Shown: positions 44,919 through 55,245 of the stretch, piece after piece | How the letters are laid out: each line of letters opens with the position of its first letter | Numbering within the stretch: position 1 is the first letter of the stretch | NCBI GenBank assembly: GCA_050250895.1 | Contig: JBFWNU010000001.1 | Coordinates: 1,352,008 to 1,416,007, forward strand | Reading direction: 5' to 3' | DNA: 64,000 bases | From: Vulcanimicrobiota bacterium | GTDB taxonomy: Bacteria > Vulcanimicrobiota > Xenobia > Xenobiales > JADMJV01 | Notes under the pieces: generated by a model | Seen by the model: only the letters and a program-made list of their open reading frames with translations | Told to the model about the DNA's origin: nothing | Database searches by the model: none | Position numbers and translations under genes: made by a program

Positions 44919-46385
44919 ATGGCGACCTTGTTGAGGAACTTCATTGGCGACGAGTGGCTCGAGGTGGGGGGCGATACGCTCGAGGTGGTCAACCCGGCCA
45001 CGGGCGATGCCCTGGCTCAGGTGCCCCTGTCTGGCAAGGCTCAGGCCGAACAAGCTGTAGATGCTGCCGCCAGCGCTTTGAGTTCGTGGGCAGCCACCCC
45101 GGTGACCGAGCGGATCCAGGTTCTCTTTCGACTAAAGGCCCTGCTGGAAGACGCCTTCGACGATATGGCTCGCATCATCACCGAAGAATGCGGCAAGACC
45201 CTGGCCGAGTCCAAAGGCGAATTGCGGCGCGGCATCGAGAACGTGGAAGTGGCTTGCGGTGCTCCCATCCTCATGCAGGGGCAGACCAACGAGGATATCG
45301 CCCGCGGCATTGACGAGCTGATGTTTCGCCAGCCGGTCGGGGTGTGCGCCATCATTACCCCCTTCAATTTTCCGGCCATGATTCCGTTCTGGTTTCTCCC
45401 TTACGCGGTAGCTTGCGGCAATACCGTGGTTTTCAAGCCGTCCGAGAAGGTACCCCGGACAGGCAGCCGGATCGTCGAACTCTTCCTGCAAGCCGGGCTC
45501 CCCGGGGGGGTGATCAATCTGGTCCACGGCGGGGTCGAAGCGGTCGAAGCCCTGCTTGACCACCCGTCCGTCAAAGCCGTGAGTTTCGTGGGCTCGACGC
45601 CGGTGGCGCGGGCCATCTACGCCCGCGCCTCGGCTCAAGGCAAGCGCGTGCAGGCCCAGGGGGGGGCCAAGAATCCGATCATCATTTTGCCGGATGCCGA
45701 TGTCGAGATGACCACCCAGATCGTGGTCGACTCTGCGTTTGGTTGTGCCGGCCAGCGTTGTCTGGCAGCTTCGATGGCCATCACGGTGGGGGCCGCCGAG
45801 AAGACCTTCTCCGAGGCTTTGCTCGAGTCGGCCCGAGGCCGGGTGGTGGGCAACGGCCTGGACCCGGGGGTTCAGATGGGCCCCGTCATCAATCACCAGA
45901 GTCGTCAGCGCATTGAAGGTCTGGTCGAAGAGGGGGTCAAGGCTGGCGCCCGCCTGGTGCTCGACGGCCGGGGCCAGGTGAAGGGGCACGAGCGAGGTAG
46001 CTTTCTCAAACCGACCATCCTGAGCGGACTGAGCCCGGACAGTCAACTGATCGGCACCGAGATCTTCGGGCCGGTATTGACGCTGCTGCACTTTGACGAC
46101 ATCGACCAGGTGATCGAATTCGTCAACTCGGGGCGTTACGGCAACATGGCGTGTCTTTTCACCAGCAGCGGCGCCAACGCGCGCAAATTTCGCAACCGCG
46201 CGGTAGTGGGCAACATCGGCATCAACATCGGCGTGGCTGCGCCCATGGCGTTTTTCCCCTTTAGTGGGTGGAAAGACAGCTTCTTTGGGGACCTGCATGC
46301 CCAGGGGCGCCACGGGATCGAATTCTTCACGCAGACCAAGGTCGTGGTCGAGCGATGGCCCTCGGAATGGTCGCGTAAGTTCTAA
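44919..46385 (+). CDS. mmsA: CoA-acylating (methyl)malonate-semialdehyde dehydrogenase
   Basis: [55 protein letters not shown]. Confidence 0.92.
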   Translation: MATLLRNFIGDEWLEVGGDTLEVVNPATGDALAQVPLSGKAQAEQAVDAAASALSSWAATPVTERIQVLFRLKALLEDAFDDMARIITEECGKTLAESKGELRRGIENVEVACGAPILMQGQTNEDIARGIDELMFRQPVGVCAIITPFNFPAMIPFWFLPYAVACGNTVVFKPSEKVPRTGSRIVELFLQAGLPGGVINLVHGGVEAVEALLDHPSVKAVSFVGSTPVARAIYARASAQGKRVQAQGGAKNPIIILPDADVEMTTQIVVDSAFGCAGQRCLAASMAITVGAAEKTFSEALLESARGRVVGNGLDPGVQMGPVINHQSRQRIEGLVEEGVKAGARLVLDGRGQVKGHERGSFLKPTILSGLSPDSQLIGTEIFGPVLTLLHFDDIDQVIEFVNSGRYGNMACLFTSSGANARKFRNRAVVGNIGINIGVAAPMAFFPFSGWKDSFFGDLHAQGRHGIEFFTQTKVVVERWPSEWSRKF

Positions 46386-47239
46386 ACGTTGAAGTCTAGT
46401 TTATCGGCGCAAGTCTTGCGAAATTCGCGGTTGAGTCGCAGGGCTTCGATGAGTTTGTCGTTGGCCGCTCGCATGACTTGCATGATATCGTCGAGGGCGT
46501 CGTAGAGTTCGTTTTCGACATGCTCGATCATGTGCTCGACAGCCACTTCCCACTCATTGATCCCCTCCATCACCTTGCCCATCTCGTCGGGCGACCACTC
46601 GATGTAGTTGGTGAATTCGGCGAAGTCGAGAATGCGATCCGATCGGGTTCGCATGTTCTCGTGCATCATGACCAGAAAGTCGAGGTATTCGTCACCGCTC
46701 CACTCGCCGTGGCTGAATTTGTCGAGAGCGTTCTCGAATTTCTTGAGGGTGACGTTGATGCTGCCTGGCGCGTATTGAACCTCGTCTTCGACTTTGGCCA
46801 TCTTGGGTAGGCGGGCCCCGCAGTTGGTGCAGACGGCCTCGGTCATGGGGTTCTGGCTACCGCACTTGGTGCAGACCTTGCGGGGAATGTCGTCGTTGTT
46901 GGCGCCTTTTTCGTCTTGAAAATCGAAGGGGGTCTCTTCTTCAGGTTGGTGCTCGAGATCGCTTTCGGTGACGAATTGATTGCGGGCCCGGCGCAGGCTG
47001 GCGACTCGATGATCGCCTCCGTCGTCGGGCTCTTCGGCCTGGGATTCGGGCTCCTGCACCGGCTCGGCCTCTGCCTCGAACTCCTCTGCCTCTTCACCCT
47101 CGAACTCTTCGTCTGCGTCTGGCCGGGGGGCCTTCGGCTCGGAGACTTTCAGGCTCTCTTCGGTGACATACTTTTTTTGCATCGCCTTGAGACGACTAAA
47201 GCGCGGGTCCTGCGGCTCAATGGCTTCGTCGGTAGCCAA
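46382..47239 (-). CDS. Acidic zinc-ribbon protein
   Basis: CTKCG...CTNCG; acidic disordered N-terminus; helical C-terminus. Confidence 0.75.
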   Translation of the reverse strand: MATDEAIEPQDPRFSRLKAMQKKYVTEESLKVSEPKAPRPDADEEFEGEEAEEFEAEAEPVQEPESQAEEPDDGGDHRVASLRRARNQFVTESDLEHQPEEETPFDFQDEKGANNDDIPRKVCTKCGSQNPMTEAVCTNCGARLPKMAKVEDEVQYAPGSINVTLKKFENALDKFSHGEWSGDEYLDFLVMMHENMRTRSDRILDFAEFTNYIEWSPDEMGKVMEGINEWEVAVEHMIEHVENELYDALDDIMQVMRAANDKLIEALRLNREFRKTCADKLDFNV

Positions 47240-47299
47240 CTTCGATACCTAACTCCTGTCTTGGTTGCAATCCTTCGGGGCCTGAGGACAATCCCCCCC

Positions 47300-48664
47300 A
47301 TGCTTCTCGGATTGGGTCGAAAGCCCCTACGAGTTCGAGGGGCGATCCGCCACCATGGAAATGAATTGATCGGCCAGGCACGAAGACAAGACCCGTTGGC
47401 TATCGAGGACTTGACCCAGAGGTGGCGCACCGCGCGGGCGGGCGTTGGCATGCTCAACCCCGTCTATTTCTCGGTCGGAGTGCGCTGGTTGGCCTGGTTG
47501 GTGGCTCTGGGCATCTATCTGTTGCGAACGGCCCCAGATGATGCGCTCGAATACGCCCCGGCGGTGCTGGGCGTGACCGGGTTTCAACTGTTGGTGATGA
47601 CGCTCTACCTACCGGTGCTGGGACCTCGCTATCGCCATCTGCTCGAGAGTGTCGGTTTGTTGCGCTGGTGCGAAGACAACCCCGTCCTGCCGGTGCTTGA
47701 CGTCTGTCTCGGACTGGGCGCCGTCTACTTTACCGGCGGCTGGGACAGCCCGTTCTATCATTTTGCTCTGACCACCGTATTGGCTCCCTCGCTCAAATAC
47801 GGTTTTCGCGGGGCTGTGCTGGCCAGCGGCGGCTTTCTGGTGGGCTATCTGTGGGTGATCACCCACTCGGGCGACGGCTGGTCGGCCATCTACGACCACC
47901 AGGGTCGCCTGGAGCCGGGCTTTGTCTCGGCTCCCTTCAATCCCCTGATGATTTCATTTTTTGCTGCTCTGCTGGCCGAGGTGCTCGAGCGCCTGCGCCT
48001 CGAGAAAGAGAAGGGTGCCAGGCTGGCGGCCCGAGAGGAGCGCAGTCGATTGGCCCGGGAGATTCACGATGGGGTGGCCCAGACGCTGTTCATGGTCAAT
48101 CTCTCGCTCGAGAACAGTCTGGCGCTGGCCGAGCGCGAGCAGGCCACCCGCACCCACCAGCAACTCGAGCAGCTTTTGCCGGTCTCGCGCCAGGCCTTGC
48201 TCGAGATCCGCAACTCGATGTTCGACCTGGGGCCGTTGCTCGAGGGCGAGCAGCCGCTGGCAGCGGCTCTCAGCGGCCTGGTTCGAGAGTTCAAGGCCGT
48301 CAGCCGGATGGAGGTCAACTTCCAATGTGAGGGCAGCGAGCCAGCCATGGCGGTGGCGGTCCGCGTCGCTCTCTACCGCGTTTGTCAGGAGGGCCTGGCC
48401 AATGCTTGTAAACACTCGGGGGCCCACGAAGTTGAGCTGAGACTGGCGTTCCAGGAGGCGGGTCTGGTGGCGCGACTGGAAGACGATGGCTGCGGATTTG
48501 AGCCCGACCAGGGGCGCGGCCACGGTTTGGGAAACATGCGCTCGAGAGTTCAGGAAGTGGGGGGAAGTCTCGAGCTCGAATCCCGGCCCGGAGAGGGCAC
48601 GCGCCTTACCGTGATGCTCCCCTATGAAAGGAGTCAAAATGATTCGACTGTTGATCGTAGATGA
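47300..48664 (+). CDS. Membrane sensor histidine kinase (HisKA_3/NarX-LiaS type); start uncertain (47300 or 47366)
   Basis: EERSRLAREIHDGVAQ, QEGLANACKHS, DDGCGF, GHGLGNMRSR. Confidence 0.92.
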   Translation: MLLGLGRKPLRVRGAIRHHGNELIGQARRQDPLAIEDLTQRWRTARAGVGMLNPVYFSVGVRWLAWLVALGIYLLRTAPDDALEYAPAVLGVTGFQLLVMTLYLPVLGPRYRHLLESVGLLRWCEDNPVLPVLDVCLGLGAVYFTGGWDSPFYHFALTTVLAPSLKYGFRGAVLASGGFLVGYLWVITHSGDGWSAIYDHQGRLEPGFVSAPFNPLMISFFAALLAEVLERLRLEKEKGARLAAREERSRLAREIHDGVAQTLFMVNLSLENSLALAEREQATRTHQQLEQLLPVSRQALLEIRNSMFDLGPLLEGEQPLAAALSGLVREFKAVSRMEVNFQCEGSEPAMAVAVRVALYRVCQEGLANACKHSGAHEVELRLAFQEAGLVARLEDDGCGFEPDQGRGHGLGNMRSRVQEVGGSLELESRPGEGTRLTVMLPYERSQNDSTVDRR

Positions 48665-49274
48665 TCACGACCTGGTCCGCAGCGGCCTGCGTGGCACTAT
48701 CGAGTTGGAGGACGACTTCGAGGTGGTGGGCGAGGCGGCCAGCGGAGAAGAGGCCCTGGCCCGTCTGGAGGCGGGCCCCGTGGATGTGGTCCTGATGGAT
48801 GTCATGATGCCTGGAATGGGCGGCATTGCCGCCTGTCGCGAGGTCGGCTCGCGAGCCCGCGTTTTGATGCTGACGTCATCTTCTGACGACGAAGCGGTGA
48901 TGTCGTCGCTGATTGCCGGGGCGGCCGGTTACCTCCTCAAGAATGTGGGGCGCGACGAGATCGTGCGCTCGATTCGGCTGGTAGCCGAAGGAAAAACGAC
49001 CCTGGACCCGGCCGTCACCGAGAAGGTCACGGCCCGTCTGGTGGAACTGGTCAGTGGCCGGGCCGCCGCCGAAGAATCGGGACCTCTATCGGGCCGCGAG
49101 ATCGAAGTCGTCGAGCTGGTGGCCCGGGGAATGACCAACCGCCAGATCGCCGAGCAGCTGGTCATTGCCGAGAAGACGGCGCGCAATCACGTCAGTCGCA
49201 TTCTCGAGAAGCTGGGTCTCACCCGCCGCAGTCAGGCGGCTGCCTGGGCCATGCGCCAGGGGCTGGTAGATTAA
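48639..49274 (+). CDS. NarL/LuxR-family response regulator
   Basis: IVDDH, DVVLMD, GYLLK, LSGRE..V..LVARGMTNRQIA HTH. Confidence 0.95.
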   Translation: MIRLLIVDDHDLVRSGLRGTIELEDDFEVVGEAASGEEALARLEAGPVDVVLMDVMMPGMGGIAACREVGSRARVLMLTSSSDDEAVMSSLIAGAAGYLLKNVGRDEIVRSIRLVAEGKTTLDPAVTEKVTARLVELVSGRAAAEESGPLSGREIEVVELVARGMTNRQIAEQLVIAEKTARNHVSRILEKLGLTRRSQAAAWAMRQGLVD

Positions 49275-49316
49275 GCCCAAGCTCTGCACGTTTACGGCGG
49301 CGCTAGGCGCGGCAGC

Positions 49317-50276
49317 TCAGGCTCGGGCGCAGATGACGGTGGGGCTGCCGTGGTCGGAGCGGGGGAAGAAGGCGACCTCTTCCAGCCCGGCCTCACGACA
49401 CCACTGGCGGATCTGATCCATGGTCAGGCTGTTGAGGGCCCCGGCGGCCAGAAACATGTGATAGAAGAACCGCTCACCCATGCGAAGCCGCGAGGCCGAG
49501 TCTCCGCTCTCGTGCACCTCGGCTTCCGAGCTGATCACCAGCAGTCCGCCGGGGCGCAAGCAAGCGGCCGCTCGGGCGACTGCGCGTTCCGGGTTTTCGC
49601 ACTCCGACAGCGAGCGGTGAAAGACGGCCAGGTCGAAGCGATTTTCATAGCGGGATTCTTCAGCGCTGCCCACCACGATCACGGCCTTGGTGGCCCGCTC
49701 GGCTTCGCGGGCGCATTCGTAATCGAGTTCAATCCCCGTCAACTCGAGTTCGGGATAATACTCACGCAAGAGCTCGAGGCCGCAGCCGGTGCCGCAGCCG
49801 AACTCGATCAGGCGGCCTCCGGCGGTGAGTTTCTCGAGCAGCTGAGGCACTTGCTGGACCAGTTCGTTCCACAGCCATTGGTATGAAGTGTGCAGGCCGT
49901 CTCGCAGCAGCATGCGCAGGGAGAGGTTGGGCTCGGGAAAGGCTTTGCCTTCGAAGACGGCCCCCATGCTCTCGAAAACTCGCTGAGAAACGCGCACATA
50001 AGTGGTGGCCCAGGCCCCGGTCCTGGGCAGCCATTCGGCGCAGCTCTCGCTGAGGCGGTAGCCTTCCTGTTCGTCACCGCTCAGAAATTCGAAAGAGCGC
50101 GCCGCCTGACACCAGACGCGGGTGTAGGCGGGCTCGTAGCCCAGGTTCTCGGCTAGTTCTTCGGGGCGCAATGTCTGTTCGCGCAGCCCCTCGAAAAGCC
50201 GCAGTTCTCGACCCACGTGGAGCAGCCAGGTGGCCCAGAATCCTTCGAAGTAAGTGCGCATCTGTAGGGTTTGCAT
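49317..50276 (-). CDS. SAM-dependent methyltransferase with N-terminal winged-helix/dimerisation domain
   Basis: GRELRLFEGL...ELAE.LG....YTRVWC; IEFGCGTG; LRPGG. Confidence 0.85.
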   Translation of the reverse strand: MQTLQMRTYFEGFWATWLLHVGRELRLFEGLREQTLRPEELAENLGYEPAYTRVWCQAARSFEFLSGDEQEGYRLSESCAEWLPRTGAWATTYVRVSQRVFESMGAVFEGKAFPEPNLSLRMLLRDGLHTSYQWLWNELVQQVPQLLEKLTAGGRLIEFGCGTGCGLELLREYYPELELTGIELDYECAREAERATKAVIVVGSAEESRYENRFDLAVFHRSLSECENPERAVARAAACLRPGGLLVISSEAEVHESGDSASRLRMGERFFYHMFLAAGALNSLTMDQIRQWCREAGLEEVAFFPRSDHGSPTVICARA

Positions 50277-52036
50277 CAACTGCCTTTCAGTGTTTCGGCG
50301 GCCAGGTGCTGCAATTCGCCGGCCGGGATTTCGAGGTCTTCTAGCACCGCCGTCATCCAGGCTTTGACCTCTCGCCGGCGCTGGTCGGGGTCGGCCGAGA
50401 GCGGAAAGGCGGTTCGGAAGATCCACGATTCCAGTTCGATACGGGCGACCGTCAACCTGGCCAGGAAAAGGGCCGACTCATCCCGTTTCCACTCGGCCAC
50501 GGGGGCCATGCCCAGCCCTACCGGCAGGTTCTCGAACCAGCGCTTTTCCAGGCCACCCCGGGCTAGAATCGCGCGCCGAAGGGCGGCCGCTTCGGGGCCC
50601 ACGTCGCCTCGATCGATGGTGCCCGGGTGCAGGGCTTTGAGCCAATTTCGGCAGCCTCTCTCGAGCCAGCTCCTGACCGTCTCGGGAGAGGCCGTGCGCT
50701 CGAAAAACTGGGCGTAGACCAGGCCCGCCAGACGGTCTTGCTCGCGCAGCAAGAAGCGTTCCAGGGCGATGCGAGCGGCGTCGAGCTGGTCGACGAGCTG
50801 AGTTTGCTCGTCGATCGGCGGGATGCGGACCATCCCGAAGGCGGCAGGCAGCAACCGGCCCAGAAAGTTTCTCGGACTATGGCTGTCGATCTCGGCCAAC
50901 ACCTGGATCAGGCGAGCGGTGCTGCCCTCGTGGGGGGCGTGCAGGGCCCAGGGGGGCAACTGCTCGAGCCATCGCGACAGGTCGTGGTGGGCCCTTTGCC
51001 ACAGGTCGAGGGAGGGAGGATAAGCGTTGGGACGACCGGCTCCAAACAGGCGCGTGAGGCTGAGCAGAAAGACCTGCTCGTTGCGTTCGGCGTAGCGGTA
51101 TTTCAGGCGCCATCGCTCGGGTTCGCGCCAGGCGGTTTCGAAGCTGGTCAAGCCAAGACCCATCGAGCGCTGGGGGCTGACCAGATGGAGATCCAACACG
51201 TGGCATCCCAGGGCCAAGCAGAGATAGAGCTTGGCCCACGGCCCTCTCAACCCCCTGGGGGGCTCGGCCAACCAGTCGAGGGTCTGGCGTAGCGTCGGTC
51301 CGGGAGCCTCTCCTGTGTAGTCGCCATAGAGCCAGCCAAGCAGTTCTGCCAGCAGCCGTTGATCGGGTTCCGCCGAGAGGCTCTCGCGGGTCACCCGATA
51401 GACTCCGTAGCTGCCGTGGTCTTCGAGCTCGTCCATCAGGCCAGCGCTGAGCAGTTGCGAGAGAGGCTCTTCGCCCCAGCCCGGTTTAGGCAGGGCTAGC
51501 TTCGAACCCAGATCCAGCAGTTCGCGGCACGACAACAGTAGACGCCGACGACCCGCTCGGGGCAGGTGCAGCGGGGTGTCCGAATAGACCTGTTCGAGCA
51601 GGTGGCTCAAAAATTCGGCGCTGCCGGCTCTCGAAGCGGCTTTGATGGGTCGACCGCGATAGAACCAGCGAAAATTGGCCGGCACCAGCTCCTGACGAAT
51701 CTGGGCCCGAACGGCAGCCAGTTCAGCCGGTAACGGGTCCGGGGGCAGGGCGTCCAGTAGCCGGCCGAGGCCTAGCGGTGCCACGGGTATACCCAGAGCC
51801 ACCTTGGGACCGCTCAGCTCGATGAGCCGTTCTAAATGGGGCATCTCTTCGCGGCGGGTCACGATCAATTGGGCCAGCAATAAATCGTCGTCGGGTGGAC
51901 AAGGGGGTAGCTCGTGGCCGACCTGAAGAAAAGAGCGGCGCACCTTGCGGGCTAGCCCAAAGCGACGGCGATAGGCGGTGGGTCGGGTGGGGCGAGGCGA
52001 GAAGAGACGTTCTAGTCGCTCGAGCAGAGAATCCAT
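50276..52036 (-). CDS. Hypothetical protein, resembles the C-terminal half of SspC/BrxC-like ATPases
   Basis: 586-aa ORF coupled to the methyltransferase (TGATG); VYSDTP, LAEPPRGLR, W..QLP.WA and LP.AFG blocks. Confidence 0.6.
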   Translation of the reverse strand: MDSLLERLERLFSPRPTRPTAYRRRFGLARKVRRSFLQVGHELPPCPPDDDLLLAQLIVTRREEMPHLERLIELSGPKVALGIPVAPLGLGRLLDALPPDPLPAELAAVRAQIRQELVPANFRWFYRGRPIKAASRAGSAEFLSHLLEQVYSDTPLHLPRAGRRRLLLSCRELLDLGSKLALPKPGWGEEPLSQLLSAGLMDELEDHGSYGVYRVTRESLSAEPDQRLLAELLGWLYGDYTGEAPGPTLRQTLDWLAEPPRGLRGPWAKLYLCLALGCHVLDLHLVSPQRSMGLGLTSFETAWREPERWRLKYRYAERNEQVFLLSLTRLFGAGRPNAYPPSLDLWQRAHHDLSRWLEQLPPWALHAPHEGSTARLIQVLAEIDSHSPRNFLGRLLPAAFGMVRIPPIDEQTQLVDQLDAARIALERFLLREQDRLAGLVYAQFFERTASPETVRSWLERGCRNWLKALHPGTIDRGDVGPEAAALRRAILARGGLEKRWFENLPVGLGMAPVAEWKRDESALFLARLTVARIELESWIFRTAFPLSADPDQRRREVKAWMTAVLEDLEIPAGELQHLAAETLKGS

Positions 52037-52042
52037 AGAAAA

Positions 52043-53137
52043 CTAGGGTCTTTCGGCGACCGAGTAGCGAAGGTGTTCTTCCCCTCGCTCGACCACCTGG
52101 AGAAAAGCCTTGACCGCGGCAGGGTCCAGTTGCGAGCCAGCCGCTTCAGACAGACGCCGGATCGCCTCTTCCCTGGGCAAGGCCTTGCGGTAGACCCGAT
52201 CCGAGGTCATGGCATCCCAGGTGTCGGCCACGGCGATGATGCGAGCGAAGATATGAATGTCCTCTCCGCTGAGACCGTCGGGATAGCCTTTTCCGTCAAA
52301 CCGTTCCTGATGTTGACGGATGGAAAGCTTGACTCGGCGGGGGATATCGATGGGTAGCACCAGCGCTTCACCGAGCAAAGCGTGCTTTTCCATCTCTTTG
52401 CGTTCGTTTTCGTCGAGCTGGCCGGGTTTTTGCAGCACGGCGTCAGGGACCCCGATCTTACCGGCGTCGTGGAGAAAGCTCGAAATCTCGAGGTCGTGCA
52501 GGTCTTCGTCGGGCAGGCCCAGTTCGCGGCCGATGGCCATCGAGTAGCCACAAACCCGCTCGATATGCCCCCGAGTGTAGGCGTCTTTGGCCTCGATGGC
52601 GTTGGCCAGGACCAGGATAATCTCTTTGCGCGTCTTGTACAGGCGGGCATTCTCGATCGCGCCCGCGGCCTGTTGGGCGATGAGGGTCAGCAATTCGAGC
52701 TGGGCTGGTTTGAAGATGCCGGCCTGGATGCGATTGTCGACATAGATCAGACCGCGCACCTCGCCCTTGAAAATGATGGGCACGGCCATGATCGAGCGGA
52801 TGTTGTGTAGAGAGACGCTCTGAAACGAGTTGAAGCGGGCGTCTTTCATGGCGTTGTCGCTCAAAATGGGCTCGCCCGTCTCGAGTACCTGCAAGACCTG
52901 GTTGCGACTGACGGAAAAGTCGTCGGCCTCGATGGTTTCGTGGTTCATGCCACGGGCCACCACCTGGGCGAACTGCATGCCCTCTTCGCGCAAGAAGATG
53001 CAGCCGCGTTCGGCCTGAACAACCTCGATGACCTTGTCCATCACGTTGTTGAGGACGTCTTGAAAATCCAACGAGGAGTTGAAGAAGGCACCTACGTCGA
53101 GCAGTAGTCGCAGCGTTGAAGTTTCTAACTGAGACAT
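52043..53137 (-). CDS. GAF + HD-GYP phosphodiesterase
   Basis: GAF (DNAMKDARF, SIMAVPI, IYVDNR, AIENARLY); KDAYTRGH, LHDAGK, HQERFDGKGYPDGL. Confidence 0.92.
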   Translation of the reverse strand: MSQLETSTLRLLLDVGAFFNSSLDFQDVLNNVMDKVIEVVQAERGCIFLREEGMQFAQVVARGMNHETIEADDFSVSRNQVLQVLETGEPILSDNAMKDARFNSFQSVSLHNIRSIMAVPIIFKGEVRGLIYVDNRIQAGIFKPAQLELLTLIAQQAAGAIENARLYKTRKEIILVLANAIEAKDAYTRGHIERVCGYSMAIGRELGLPDEDLHDLEISSFLHDAGKIGVPDAVLQKPGQLDENERKEMEKHALLGEALVLPIDIPRRVKLSIRQHQERFDGKGYPDGLSGEDIHIFARIIAVADTWDAMTSDRVYRKALPREEAIRRLSEAAGSQLDPAAVKAFLQVVERGEEHLRYSVAERP

Positions 53138-53200
53138 TGGCGCACCGTTCTTCGACAGGGTCTCCCGATAGGACCTTCCCCCGGGTTGTTTAAAAAGGCT

Positions 53201-53226
53201 TGTAACATTCCTGGCGGCGACCGGTC
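53201..53226 (+). promoter_or_regulatory. Putative ECF-sigma autoregulatory promoter
   Basis: TGTAAC-N16-GGTC directly upstream of the RBS (AGAGGAGG) of the ECF gene. Confidence 0.65.
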
Positions 53227-53245
53227 ATGCTAGAGAGGAGGCAGC

Positions 53246-53836
53246 TTGTCAGAAAACGACCGGATCCTGGTGGCCCGGGCTCAAAAGGGTGACCGCGAGG
53301 CTTTCGAGGTGCTGGTCGAGCAACATGCCAGGCCTATCTATACTTTGGTCTTTCGCATGGTGCGAGGGCGTCGAGAGGAGGCAGAGGACTTGACCCAGGA
53401 AGTGATGTTGCGGGCCTTCAAGGCTCTGCCCCGGTTTCGCGGCGAGGCCAAGTTCTCGACCTGGCTGCACCGCATCGCCGTCAATCTGACTCTCAACCGG
53501 CTGCAGAAGAAGAGTTTGAATCCTCAGTCCTTGAGTCAGGGAGACGAGGGTGACGGAGAGCATTGGCTAGAGATTCCCGACACTTCGATGGCTCCCGAGG
53601 TGATGGCCGAACGGGCCGAGACCATGGCCTGTGTCCGGGCCGCCTTAGCGGAAATGTCCGAGAGCCTGCGGGTGGTTTTCTTGATGCGCGAGCTGCAGGG
53701 CATGTCCCACGATGACATCGCGGCCACCCTGGGAGCTAGCTCCGAGGCCGTTCGCGTGCGCCATCATCGGGCCAAGAAAGAGTTGGTAAAGCGACTGGCC
53801 TCGCTCAAGAGGGCCAGGGAGGGCAAACCGGCATGA
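53246..53836 (+). CDS. ECF RNA polymerase sigma factor
   Basis: GDREAFEVLV, AEDLTQE, FSTWLHRIAVN; region 4 VFLMRELQGMS..IA. Confidence 0.95.
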   Translation: MSENDRILVARAQKGDREAFEVLVEQHARPIYTLVFRMVRGRREEAEDLTQEVMLRAFKALPRFRGEAKFSTWLHRIAVNLTLNRLQKKSLNPQSLSQGDEGDGEHWLEIPDTSMAPEVMAERAETMACVRAALAEMSESLRVVFLMRELQGMSHDDIAATLGASSEAVRVRHHRAKKELVKRLASLKRAREGKPA

Positions 53837-55245
53837 GTTCCGAGGAACGCTTGACTCAAGAAGAAGAACAGCTCTTTGCCGATCTTCAAGGCTTGCTCTC
53901 GGAGGTGGTCGAGCCCGAGCTACCCGAGGGCTTTACAGACCGATTTCGGGCTCGCCTCGACCGGCTCGAGTCGGGCCAGGATCGTCTGGAAGAGACTCCT
54001 GCCGCTTGGCTTGGCGAGGCTCCCAGGGTGGTCGTGCTCGAGCCCCGTCAGGGCGGACGTAGCTGGGTTCGGCCGTTCCTGGCCGCCGCGGCCGTGGTTT
54101 TGATGGTGTTCGGAGTCTCCTTGTGGCTTTCGCGCGGAGTGGCGCCTTCTGCCGATCCGCCCCAGGCGATGCTGGCCCACGCCGAGGGCCCGGTAGAATT
54201 GGCCGACGGCTCGGTGGACCGCCAGGTGAGCCAGACAACCGCTCTCGAGCCGGGCACGGTGATCACCACCAGGAAGGATAACTTCGGCGTGGTAGTGCTG
54301 GGGGAAGAGGCAAACCAGGTTCGGTTTGGCGAAGATACGGTGGTCAAAGTGAACAAACTCGCTCGTTTTCGGCGTGACCACCAGCCCCTGGAGGGCGAGT
54401 TCGAGTTGGCCCGAGGCCGCCTGTGGGTGACCGAGAAGTCGGCTCGTCTGGCCGTGCGCACTCCCAACGCCATCCTGATCCCGGTGGGGACCGAGTATGA
54501 GGCCCATACCGGCGAAGACGGGACCGAGGTGGTGGTGTGGGAGGGCGAGGTGCTCGCTCGTTCGCTGGACGGGCGGCATTCAGTGCATATCCATGAGGGT
54601 GAAGAGTTGTCGCTGGATCAGCAGTTCGACTGGTCGCCGCGACGGGTGAGGCCGATTCGAGAAGGCCGCGAAGAATCGGGTTGGCATCTCAAGAACCGCC
54701 GGCTGAGACTATTGAATCGGCCGGGCTTGCGTCGCCAGCTCAGTCCCGCCCCGATGGCCGATAAACCCCGCCTGTTGCCGGGTCTCCGGCGCCGAATGCA
54801 GTCGGCTCGAAAGCGCACTCCGCCCCAGCCGGTGACCACTCCCCAGGCTCCAGCCATCAGGCCGCGGGCGAGGCCGGACTACCGGCGACGTCCAGTTCCC
54901 GCCAGGACGCCCACCGGGCTCGACGGACGGCCGCGGGTTCGCGAGCGAATTCAAGAGCGCCTCAGCGACCAGCCCAACTATCCCCGGCGTCGACGCGAAC
55001 AAGTGCGCGAGACGGTTCGCGAACGCGTTGAAAATCGACGGCCGGAGCGGCGTCCGGCGGTCCGAGCCACCCAGCCGCCGGTCTCCCGACCGCGCGTCGA
55101 CGCGCGTCAGAACATCAGGCGGCCTGGGTTTCGAGCCAATCGCGTAAGGAGAGGGCAGCCGGATCAGGGCTCAGTGAGAACCCCACCACCTGTCGCCCCC
55201 GCTGGTTCAAGGCCTGGTACCAGACGGGTCTTGCCTCGACGGTGA
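53833..55245 (+). CDS. Putative anti-sigma factor: single TM, FecR domain, Arg/Pro-rich tail
   Basis: ATGA coupling to ECF; LPEGF..R, TM AAAAVVLMVFG, VRTPNA...GTEY, VWEGEV. Confidence 0.8.
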   Translation: MSSEERLTQEEEQLFADLQGLLSEVVEPELPEGFTDRFRARLDRLESGQDRLEETPAAWLGEAPRVVVLEPRQGGRSWVRPFLAAAAVVLMVFGVSLWLSRGVAPSADPPQAMLAHAEGPVELADGSVDRQVSQTTALEPGTVITTRKDNFGVVVLGEEANQVRFGEDTVVKVNKLARFRRDHQPLEGEFELARGRLWVTEKSARLAVRTPNAILIPVGTEYEAHTGEDGTEVVVWEGEVLARSLDGRHSVHIHEGEELSLDQQFDWSPRRVRPIREGREESGWHLKNRRLRLLNRPGLRRQLSPAPMADKPRLLPGLRRRMQSARKRTPPQPVTTPQAPAIRPRARPDYRRRPVPARTPTGLDGRPRVRERIQERLSDQPNYPRRRREQVRETVRERVENRRPERRPAVRATQPPVSRPRVDARQNIRRPGFRANRVRRGQPDQGSVRTPPPVAPAGSRPGTRRVLPRR

